Shown here: positions 30,778 through 52,677 of the stretch, piece by piece | Layout of the letters: each line of letters opens with the position of its first letter | How positions within the stretch are numbered: position 1 is the first letter of the stretch | Assembly (NCBI GenBank): GCA_039096225.1 | Contig: JBBPEB010000027.1 | Span: forward strand, 992,001-1,056,000 | Source of the DNA: Blastocystis sp. Blastoise | Lineage: Eukaryota > Protista > Bigyra: Opalinata | Direction: 5' to 3' | DNA: 64,000 nt | Program-made: the position numbers and the translations under genes | The notes under the pieces: generated by a model | Seen by the model: the letters and a program-made list of their open reading frames with translations, nothing else | Told to the model about the DNA's origin: nothing | The model's database searches: none

Positions 30778-33707
30778 TTAATATTCAATATCATTTTTTT
30801 GAAGGAATAATTGATGTTTATTTACAGCCATTCCTATTCTATTTTCAAGTCCACAAATAATAGTAGTATGATTGATATATTTTGTAATACCTTCAATTTC
30901 ACCTGTACCTGCATATTCACCTTCCCAAAGTTGACCTAAAGTATCTGAATAATAATATTTACCTATAGTAAATTCAGGATAAGATTCAGGAACACTTGCA
31001 AATCCTTCAAAAGCAACTGTTACTATACCTTGCTCTTTATGAATAGCAGTAATTAAACCAATTGGAGGACTAATCACATCACCTATATGAATTGCTAATA
31101 TAGGCTCCTATATACAAATAATAATAATAATAATTATTATTATTATTATAATTATTATTATTTGAATCATGTTAATAGAATTATTATTTGAATCATGTTA
31201 ATATATATAATAATAATAATAAATATTTTTATAAATATTTACATCTCTAGCTGTAAGACTTTCCATTAAAAAGAATTTTCGATAATTAACAACTGAAATA
31301 GCAGCCCAATAATAATCACGTTTCTAGGTATATAATAGTATAAAAATTAATTTTTGAATGATAATATATATTATTTTTAACAGTTAAAATAATAAAGTAA
31401 TAATAATAATAAACATAATAATAAATATGAACATAATAATAAACATAATAATAAATATGAACATAATAATCAACATAATAATAAATATGAACATAATAAT
31501 CAACATAATAATAAATATGAACATAATAATAAACATAATAATAAATATGAACATAATAATAAACATAATAATAAATATGAACATAATAATAAACATAACT
31601 ATAATAATAATACTATATACAACATCAGGGTTAGGTCCAGTAATAACATATTCGGGTCCTAAAGGTCGTATGTCTAGAGAAGGTAGGACTTCAGCCATAA
31701 CAAAGCACATACTTCCTCCATCTAATATATTACTATAAAATAACTATATATATATAGATAAACAGTTTTTTAAATAATTATGAATATAATAAATAAAATA
31801 GTTTGAATAATAATATAATATATTGAGAATAGATCTTATAAAAAGAATAACTTGAATACTATTGCTTTATACATAATAAAAAGCTAAATATAATAAATAA
31901 TATATATATATACTCCAAATCTAGTTTCACTGAGAATATACATATATATAAATGCATATAATCCTTGAGGAGTTTTCCCACTACCGCCACCATCCTGTAA
32001 TACCGCGTAATCACCAAATTCTAATTGATCAGATTCCTGTATGTATATAATAACAATATAAGATAAATAATAATAATAGAATCTAAAAAAATGAAAATAA
32101 ATAATAATAATAAATTGAATATAAAAAATAATATACTTTATTATATTTAATAAGAAGAGCTACAAGTCCATTTGATATAATTTCATCAACATAAGTCACA
32201 ATAGCTACTTCATGGTTCAAACTATATATATATATATATGTAGTTATTGATAAAAAAAGGTAATATATGTAGAATAAAAATTAATTAAAAGCAATTTTTA
32301 TTTCAAGATAATCGTGATTATTTCACATACTTATCCATATCAAAAAAGCCCATACTTCCATGATGTGTATATTCAATTCCTTCTTTAAATGTAATTGTAT
32401 TATTTTCAAAAGTAGCTAATATAAATCCGATAGTATCTGTTTGACCAGCTATAGGAGGCCAAGATCCTGCATGTGCAAGAATAAACCTTGTAGATGATAA
32501 TCCTTTATATATATATAATAGTAAGGTTATATATATATATGAATAAGTTTTATTAATTATAGTACATAATAAAAATATTAAAAAATATATATATATACTA
32601 TAAATAATATAAAAATATTAAAAATTTATATATATACTATAAATAATATAAAAAAATTAAATAAAAAACATACATTTATATACCATAAATAATAACAAAA
32701 AATCTCGTAAAAAACATATATATATCATAAATAAATAAAAAATTTTGTAAAAAATAATAAAAAACATATATATATATACCGCAAATAGAATGAAAAGTTC
32801 TATCCGGTGAATATCGTTTGACATCTTTGATTTCTACTCTTAATGTTTCTCCTTCTCCTTCTCCTTCTCCTTCTATACATCCTACTGCTGCTGTAAGGTC
32901 ATTATTTGTACCAAAAAATGATACACATAAACAATGATCATCTAAATTATCAAATTCAGGTTGAATACTAGTTCCAACAAAATATTTACCTCCTTGTCCT
33001 ATATATATATATATATATATATATTATAGAAACAGAATAGATCAAAAAAAATAAAAATATATATATATATTATTTTCAAGTATACCAAAATGAACAGTAA
33101 TATTATCATGATCATCAACATCTACAGTCAATGGTAATAACTCGTTATAACTAATACTGACCACAATTAACAAATTATCATGGATTGTATGCATTTGATC
33201 TGGTTGACGACCATTTGGTAAAGAAAATCGCTCTTCTTTACGAACTGTTTCATCATCATTCAATAGAAAAACGCGAATAATTCCATCATAACTCGAAACA
33301 AGAATATGTTCGTTGATAGCAGCTACTTGAAGATGTTTAGCCTGTGTCTCACGTTCAATAAAAACATCTTTATATATAGAAAAACCACCTCCTACTTGAA
33401 TAGTTCCATCATTATCTAAAGATACAGTTGAACCTACTTGAAAATGTGAGTCAGAAGTATTATAATTAAAATTAGAAGTTAGCGGAACTGCCCATGGAGA
33501 CTTAATCTATAGAGAAAATGGTAGAATAATAAAAAACTTTTTTTTTTTCTTAAATCTTACTTTTTCTTGAGAAAATGACGTATTTCTGATAGTAACAGAC
33601 ATTTGAACAATAGAAATGATAACTGCAGCAACAGCAACACATAATGCTATGAAATAATACTTCTTTGACCTCTCTCCAAAAGGATCCATCATCGTTTCTA
33701 GATTCAT
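30778..33707 (-). CDS. Type II membrane protein with large beta-rich ectodomain, unknown function (multi-exon)
   Basis: N-terminal TM YFIALCVAVAAVIISIV; GT-AG exons splice in frame to the TAA at 30780-30778. Confidence 0.8.
31405..31600. repeat. Intronic 30-bp tandem repeat (AACATAATAATAAATATGAACATAATAATA-type)
   Basis: About 6 tandem copies; source of the MFIFII/NMNIII ORFs. Confidence 0.8.
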
Positions 33708-34948
33708 AAATATTATTTCAATAATTAGTATACATATAGTATATCTCTATAAGAACAAAAACAAATAAAATATAAATTAAAGAGCAGCAAAAAAGTAACA
33801 AAAATAAAAACAGAAATAAGAGTAAACAGAGTTAGGGTTTTAACCAATGAAATCATTTTTCAGAACTAGAATTTTCAGGAACTTTCTTCAAAAATGAAAA
33901 ATGGATGCCATTTCTTTATTTTCTATTCATTATTTTAAGTCTATATAGAAAGGATAGTACATAATAGAGTATGCCGATATGCTCAACTACATATAAATTT
34001 GAATCTTTATGTCGATATTCGTTTGGAAACAAGTTTTAAACTTGTTAGCGGCAGTTGTCATTTATAGTATGTTACTCAAGAATTCTTGTCTATCCAAGAA
34101 TATGAATAGATTCACGTTGTTGGGTGATGCATAAAATAGTCTATTTCAATGATTTTCGCTATATTTTTACCAATTACACGTTCGTTATCATATATTGTGA
34201 ATAGAAAAGTTCCTTTTCGTAGTTTTTATAGATAGATGAAACATAGCTTGTTCATAAAAAAATAATTACAAAAGTTAAAGTTGAGTATCATACCTAAAAA
34301 TGTAGAGAAAATAAACGTTTATTTTAAAGATGACGTTTTTAGGTGTCAAAAAATTATGGAAGAGGTATTTGTTTATAAAATTCAAGGTGTCAATCAGATT
34401 GTGACTAATTGTGATGGTGCGTCAAGTCGATATTTGACATAATGATGAATAATTGTGAAATATGTTGTAATGTAAATTCGATTTAATTCTCAGTATTTCA
34501 GAGTTGGAAAGATGTGAGATTTTGGAAAACGATAAGGTAGTTAATTTAAATGAATATGTTCTTCATCAACAATCTTCGCTTAATTGTTGTTTGATTGGTG
34601 AACAGGTTTTCATGAAATTTGAGTGTTTTGTTTTTATTGGAGAACCATTATTTCATTATTCTATTGGTTGACTTAGAATACCATTTTTAGAAGACCAATC
34701 AGAAATGATTTTTCTTAAGTATTTTTTAGTATTTATATGTGATTTATGGCTTCGTTGATAATTGTGATCAAATCTAAAATATAGAGTTAAGAATGATGAT
34801 AATCGTGAATAATCTTCTTTATTCATTTAAATATGGAATAATCATTTCCCCTTAATTATTGACATTATTTAGCTGAATTAATGGTAAAAAGACACTATTG
34901 TTTTTTTATGCCTTTCCTATTGCATAGTGATTTAATCAATACGGATAT

Positions 34949-42415
<7,467 letters not shown>

Positions 42416-43945
42416 TATATATATATATTGAATTATGTCTTCTTCTATTTTTTTTTAATTTTCAATTTAATTTTCAATTTAATTTTCATTATAATTTTCT
42501 TTTTAATTTTCTTTTCAATTTAATTTTCAATTTAATTAAACTATTTATTTTATTCAAATAAAAAAATATAATTATAAAAACATTTTTTTTCACTTTTATT
42601 AGTAGTTCTTTAATAAAATCTCTCTCTTCTCTATCTTTCTCTTTTAAGGAAATATAAAGTATATATATTATATTCTCTTTATAATGTATCAAATAATTAT
42701 TATTTTTATCATTTTATAAAGTAGATATATATTATATTTATATATATATACATTTATCACTATTATTTTTTTTATAATATACTTTGGGGTTTTATTTTAT
42801 TTTTATTATTTATCTTATATATATCAAATTTATTTTATATATATATATATTTTTGTTTTTGTTTTTGTTTTTTTTTAATCTTATTTTCTCTTTTATTGGG
42901 AATTCTTTATTTATTAGGTTCTATTATATATATAATATATATAAATATAATTCATTTTTTTTTAAATATGTATAATCTTCTTCTTTATTAAGAATATTTA
43001 TTATTTATGTACAATATATATATACATATATATATATATACATATATATATATATGTTTTTAAAGATACATTTTATTTATTATTTTTATTTATTATCTAA
43101 AAAAAAACAAAATATTTATTCTTCTGAATTAATGACAACTCTTTTTTCTTTTTTTTTCTTTAAAAATTTTATCTTTTAAAAAAATGAATATTTTCATTTT
43201 ATTTACTTTTCTCCTTTTTTTACATTTATGGTGAATTTATTAGTTCTCGCAAAATATAATGTGTATGAGAGATTTTCTATATACATATAACATTATGTCT
43301 TTTATTTACAAACAATTATCAATTACTGTACTATATCCTGTTATTTTTTATAATTTTTTGCTTTGTTATTGTATTCAATGCTTTTTTTTTCATTATTTAT
43401 ATATTATTTTGAATGATATAAATCAATTTAAATATATATTTATGTTTTTATAATTAAATGACACGAAGAATTGTTTATTATTGTTTTTAATTTGTTTTCA
43501 TAGACAATATTAAGCAAGAAATATATAATATTAACAGAATCTAATGAAGAAAACGTTATCATTATGATTTGCTTTTTGTATTGAAGAAATATCTGTGTTC
43601 GATCGTAATGGATTACGTAGTGACAATATTTGTGTATAAAAGAGCAGAAGATTTAAAAGAAACAAATTATAATTACGTCAGCAATTTTTTAAAAATTTCC
43701 TTTATTTTCTATATTTTCTATAGACTATATATATAGACGATGTATGATGTAAGGAGAGTAATTATAAATAAATTTATAAAGTTAAAAATATAAAAAAAAT
43801 ATTTATAAAATAAAGATTCATTTATCTTTCCCCATCGGAATCTGCAAAAAATAATTAAAAAAATACGGAAAATCTTGAATTTTTTTTTCTTGCTAAAATA
43901 TATAAATATATATCGAATTCATAATTTCTCTAAAAAGCAATAAGA

Positions 43946-44432
43946 ATGGTTTATTGGATTGTAATATGGTTCTTCCTTGTTATAGCTGTGACTCTGTTGA
44001 ACAAAACTTTCTTTGCTCAACTTCATTGTCCCTATCCTTTCACGATTACGTTAGTTCATATGATATCATGTTCTGTGTATTCTATGATTATGAAACAAGT
44101 TAATCCTAGTTATTATAATAAACGTGAGATATCTAAGCAGACTATGGGAAAGTTACTATTAATGAGTTTTCTTTTCATCTTTAATATTGTAACTGCAAAT
44201 ACTAGTTTAAAATATAATAGTTTAGCTTTAGATCAAATGATTCGTTGTACTAATCCTGCATGGACTGCTATAATGCAATATTTCATTGTAGGAACTGTTT
44301 TACCTTTTCGTGTTTATTTAACTTTAATACCTATTATTATGGGATCAATTCTTGTTTGTATTGGTGATGTATTTATTGTTTTAAATATTTATTTAATTAT
44401 TTATTTATTTAATTATTTATTGTTTTAAATAT

Positions 44433-44527
<95 letters not shown>

Positions 44528-45730
44528 TTAAACAATGTTATATATAAATCTAATCTCTCTAGTTATGGACAACAAAGATGGGTATAATTATCTTATTAAC
44601 ATCATGTATAGCTTCTGCTATTAAGGGAATTATCACTAAAATTGTTTTAAGTGGAGATAATCCTATTTCTCCTGTTCAAACATTAGCTATTGTATATATA
44701 TTATTATTATTATTATAAATCTTTAAAATATTATACATTATTTATGTTACATTTTTTTTTTTAATTTTATTTTATATGAATAATGTAATATATTTATTTA
44801 TTCTATTAGAATTCTTCATTTGGTGCTGCTGAATTGATTCCTTTCTCGATTTTAATTGAAAAAACATTCTATAGTGAATGGGTTATGAAGTATTTTTTTT
44901 TTAATTTTATTTTTATATAATTTTATATAATTTTATTTATTCTTGTTTTATTATTAGTAATAAATCAATAATAATAATAATAATAATATATATATATATA
45001 GTTCTCCATATACATATTTGATTTTATTAGTTCTTCATGGTTTATTAGCTTTCTGTTTAAATATCTCTAATTTTGAAGCATGTAAACAAAACTCTCCAAT
45101 TGTTATTAATATTACAGGGAATATCAAACAAGTATATATATGTATTCTATTATTCTATTATTCTATTTATTCTATTTATTATAATTATTTTACTTTTTAT
45201 GATTATTCTATTTATTATAATTATTCTTATTCAGACACATATTTCATATAATAATAAATGTATAAACTATATATATATATATATATATAGGTAGTTATGG
45301 TAGTATTATCTATTTATCTATTTAATCAGCCAATGAAACCTATTGGTCTTGTTGGGGCTGTTATGACTATTCTTGGATCTATTTGGTATTCTTATGGTAT
45401 ATATATATATATAGATTATTATTATATATATAAGATTATAATTATTATTATATTCTAATTTATATAATATTATATTCATTTATATATAATTACATTCTAA
45501 TTTATATAATATTATATTCATTTATATATAATTACATTCTAATTTATATAATTTTATATTCATTTATATATAATTACATTCTAATTTATATAATATTATA
45601 TTCATTTATAATAATTATTATATTCATTTATATAGAAACTAGTTCTCCTAAAGAGAAACCTAAGAAATCCGTTGATGTTACTCAAACTATCGAGGCTGTC
45701 GGATTATTGTCTGAAAAACAAGAAATTTAA
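43946..45730 (+). CDS. Nucleotide-sugar / triose-phosphate transporter family (SLC35E/TPT), 6 exons
   Basis: WFFLVIAVTLLNK..F....PYPFTITLVHM; NTSLKYNSLALDQMIRCTNP; AFCLNISNF; ITGNIKQV; multiple TM helices. Confidence 0.9.
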
Positions 45731-46624
45731 ATTGATCTATGATTTATTAGTATCATAAATATTATATATTTATATATTTATTTTTTATTTATTATAAAAA
45801 TTATTTTCTTTTCTATTCATCCTTGATTTCTATTATGATTAGTTTCTATATTTCTATCCTTTTTTTTTTCATTATATTCCTCTCTCATCGAATCTCGTTA
45901 TCGATTTTTTTTTTTTAATTATTCTCACATTTTTTAAATGAATATATAGTTTGATTAAAAGTTTATTCTATTAGACAACCTAATTTATTACATATATCTA
46001 TAAATATTGTTCTACATATGATATGTTTCATTAATTCATACACAAACAACTCATTTGACATTTGTTTTATAAAATTTATCTTTATTAAAACCATCTATTT
46101 TGAACCACAATACATTTTACTGCTAAATTTCTTAAAATCATTGTTCTCATTATAATTCACAACTTATAAAAAAGCAAATAAGGAGTAACTCAATCATTAT
46201 AAACATATAGAATCTTCATAATTATTATAATACTTGATACATATGCATTCTATTATAAATTTTAAAAGTATTATCTACATAAACATATAAGAAAATGTTC
46301 TCTAATATCTAAATCAAATCATATAACCTGAATAATGTGAAATGAAAATGAAATCCAATTTGGTTCTCTATTTCCAGAAATAATAAAAACCATGGTTTCC
46401 CCTACTCCTCAGAGGAGCTTCTTCTAGAAGTAATTATTCCATTTCAAAGAAACTTCATTATAAGAATCATGATAATTTTTCTATTTTAAGTAAGAATTAT
46501 ATAAATAATCTAGAAAGTAATGAGTTCATAATATTGGATAATTTCATGAAATTATCCAATCAGATTACTGAATTTAATGTATGGAATCAACATTTTTTTG
46601 GAAAAGCATTTCTATGCTTCTTTT

Positions 46625-46643
46625 GGAGATTCTCGAAATTTCT
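46625..46643. promoter_or_regulatory. Heat-shock element upstream of HSP60
   Basis: GGAgaTTCtcGAAatTTC: three perfect alternating nGAAn/nTTCn units plus one degenerate unit, ~75 bp upstream of the ATG. CCAATCAG box at ~46556; TTCtaGAA at 46422-46429. Confidence 0.7.
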
Positions 46644-46715
46644 TCCAAAAAAAAATAATTTCACATTTTAAAGTAGTTTATTATATTAAAATTCGTTTAA
46701 ACTTTATATTAAAAA

Positions 46716-48727
<2,012 letters not shown>

Positions 48728-49042
48728 ACAAATTAATATCATTCATTTAAATACTATACTCTTTTTCATTTGCTTTTTTTTATTTTTATGTTATTCATTT
48801 TTATAAATTTTTAATATTTTTTTTTTGTTTATATAAATTCACTTTATTTTGAGGGGTAATATAATATATATATGTTTTTATTATATATGTTTTGTTATTC
48901 AAAAATAATAATAATAATTCATGTTGTACAATACAACTACAATATAATAATTGACTGATTAATAGAAAAAAAGGAATAGACAATTTATTTTTAATGTTTA
49001 AAATAATAATAATAAAATATGTATATATTAATAAAAGTATAC

Positions 49043-50063
49043 TTAATTATGTTCAATTTCTTTCCAACCCTAGAATAAAAATAAAAATTATAGAAGATAT
49101 TATATAAATATATATACATCTTTGGTAACAATCCAATGGCTAACTCTTCTATGTCTATCTATATAATAGCCACTTTCTCCTTGAACAGTACCTGGACAAG
49201 CTATTAATACATTACTCTTTTGAGCCTATATATATATATATGTTTGGATATATATATAATTAATTAAAAATAAAATAAATATAACAAATAAAAAACATAT
49301 ATGTACTTTAGCATAGAGTGAATCTAATGTTTCAACAGAAAGAGGTTGAGTCCAAATTTCAAATTTTTATAAAATATAGAATAAATATAAGTATTAAAAA
49401 AAAATGATAACTATAAAAAAAAAATAAATTATATATACTTGTTTTTCTTGATCAATAATAAAAATATAATAACATAAATTTTGATTATTAATATACCAAC
49501 CTTGATTATTTTTAATACTATGTAATAATTTCATATCCGTAAAAACTATCGAATTTTTGTTATCGATTTGATTGTTTTCATTAATAATAGTGTTTTCAGT
49601 TTGTTCGTTAAGAATTTCTTCTGTATTTTTAGAAATATTATTATTAGAATCTATTTCTTCTTTATCGGATTCTTTTATAACTTTCTTTTCTTCTTCTTCT
49701 ACTACTATTTCTTTATCTATGATTTCTGTAGTTGTATTGTTATCTTTAAGAATATTCTCGTTAATGTTATTCTCTATTAAAGATGTATTATTAAGGATTT
49801 CATCATTATTTCCTTTTTCTTCTTCTTCTTTTTCTTTTTCTTTTTCTTCTTTTTGAGCAACCATAGATTTTTCTTCATTTAAATGTATCACAGTATTCTC
49901 AACAACATTTATTTCATTATTATTTCCTTTTTCTTGTGAGATAGTAGTATCTTGAGTATTTTTATTATCATTAATATCATTAGTATTATCATTAATATCA
50001 TTAGTATTATTATCAATATTATTATTATTATTATTATTATCATTATTATTATCATTATTATTA

Positions 50064-50102
<39 letters not shown>

Positions 50103-51818
50103 TTAGGGGAATTACATGTAGGTACAGGAATAGAAGATACATCTATTTCGGGTAGAGGTGCAGGAAGAGGTGAAGCTACAGAAATATCAGTTGTTTCAAC
50201 TTTCTTTTCTACTATTTTACCTGTAAACTTTGGAATAGGTATATCCGATTTAAATAATTGCCATTTACGTAATAGCCAATCATTCTTCTATATATTGAAT
50301 ATATATAAATAATAATACTATGATATTATATAAAAGATAATAATTTTAAATATATAAATGAAAAATAAAAACAATTAATATATAAAAAATAAAAAATAAT
50401 AAAAAAAAAATAAAATAATAAAACAATATACAAGTAGAATAGCTAAGTTATTATCTGATTCTTCAATAAATATATCATGCCAAACATAATCTTGATGTAT
50501 ACTCTTATTTAATAAACTATTAACACACGCACTATATATTATAATTATATATATATAATAATAATTAAAATAATAATATATAATTGATTATAAATAGAAT
50601 ATATAAATACAGTTGAATAAGATCTTTTCCAGATAAAAATGAAAAGATACGTGGTCCCTCTAATAAAAATGGAGCTAATGCATAAGTATCTATATATAAT
50701 AACAAAAACATTAATATATATATTTCCATTAAGAATATTGATTATTTATATAATTATGAATATTAAATTTTATTATACTGGTTTATATATTATCATTTAA
50801 ATACTATAAATATAAATATACCTTTAATTTCTTTATTTTTTGTTTCTCCAAAATGAATAGAATCAGCATATAAAGCAGTATTATCCTGAATCTCTAAACG
50901 AATTGAAGAAATCTCTTCCTAATAAATATATATATATATATAATAGTAAGTATAATTAATATAGAATATACAGAAAGTATATATATAATATATATAAAGT
51001 ATATATATATATACTTGTAATTGTTTTAATAGTGATTCTTTCTCTTTAAGAGATGTATTTAACGTTGTTAAATGATCGTCTATTGATTGAGATTGTAATT
51101 TACATTTCTCTTCTTCTTTTTCATCCTCCTGAATGATATCTACTATCTTTCTATACATAAATAATATATAAAAAAAATAAATAAAAAACATTAAAACATT
51201 ATTCAAATAATAATAAAAAATAAAAAACATTAAAACAGTATTCAAATATAGTAAAACTTATTTAACATACTAAATATTCAATTATCTTAATAATTAATAT
51301 ATATATAAAATTAAATAAATAAACTTACAATCCGACATTTCTTAGTTCTTCAACAGTAGGATCAGGGAATACAAGTTCTACGGAATAAACAATATGTTTT
51401 TCTCTCATCCAAGAATAAGAATTATCCCAAACCATATAATACATTCCAATTTGAGGAATAACTACTTGGCCTTGATGAGGTATATTCGGTTGATAACGTT
51501 TAGTAGGTAATATATCTGGAATATCTTCATCTTCTTCAGTGTCAGTGTCAACTTTGTTAATTTGATCTTCATCTTCAACGGGATTCTCACAACCAGTAAT
51601 GTAGAAATCTATATCATAATCTCTAGATTGAAAAACCCATTGTAAAGTAGTGTTTTTCTTTGTAATTAAAATAGGCAACTCAAAAGCATCACCTGCATTG
51701 ATTGAAACAGATGTTGTCTTCAATTTTAAAGATCTTTGATGACTCCTAAACAATAATAAGCATCCATAATGTTAGAAAAATACTGAAACAAAACAGATTC
51801 TTCTTGTATTTGTTGCAT
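49043..51818 (-). CDS. GOLD-domain protein with coiled coil and low-complexity C-terminal half (multi-exon)
   Basis: SVSINAGDAFELPI...LQWVFQSRDYDIDF...GQVVIPQIGMYYMVWDNSYSWMREKHIVYSV (cytosolic GOLD as in FYCO1/ACBD3/TMED8); ends SHWIVTKDGWKEIEHN*. One acceptor looks non-canonical (see findings). Confidence 0.75.
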
Positions 51819-52677
51819 TTCTAGATCTAAATATAAAATATCAATAATAAGGCACTAATTATTCATACATAAAACTTTATATATAATAAAGGAAGGTTAA
51901 TTGACGACAAATCTCCTTTTTCTTCCAAAAAAAACATCAGTTGTGTCTATTTATCAAATAATCATGATTTTATGTCAGGAAAAAAGAAGAATTCTCTTTA
52001 TCATTATTCTTTATACTTTCACTTCACATGACCACTCAATTCTATTTCTTTTTAATGACAGATAGAATCGGTTTTATAATAAAAGTAAATTAATTCGAGA
52101 ATAATAAATTATATGTGTTATGAATCATTGTGTTATGTAATTCATAATCTAAAAGTATTTAGATTCTGATAACCAACTATTTTATGTAAAAATAATATAA
52201 CAATTGTGAGAAATATCCATAATTTGGTTAATATAATTGTGTAATCTTAGTAATTTCATATATATTAGTATTTGTTTGTGTAGACAAAATAAATATGATG
52301 AATATAATGAATGAAATAGGAGAGACAAATAACAATGAGATCAATAAATACACCCCAACACTTTGAAACATTTAGTATATGATACGATTCATATAGAATA
52401 GCTAACGATAATTTTTATTTTTATTTAAAAAAAATAAGAGATGTGGAAAAAAGATTTGTAAAATAAAAAATCATGTAGATTTCCAAAAAAATTGGAGAGA
52501 CTTCTTAAAAAAGCTGGAAGAATTCTGAAATGTATATTTCTGTGTTTTAAGGCGTTTCATATTATTTATCGTTATCTAATTGTTTATAATTAATATATTT
52601 ATAAATTTCTTTAAAGATTGCGCTGATTATTAATTTGATAAAGATAATAATAATTTATACTATAATTACGGTCAAAG

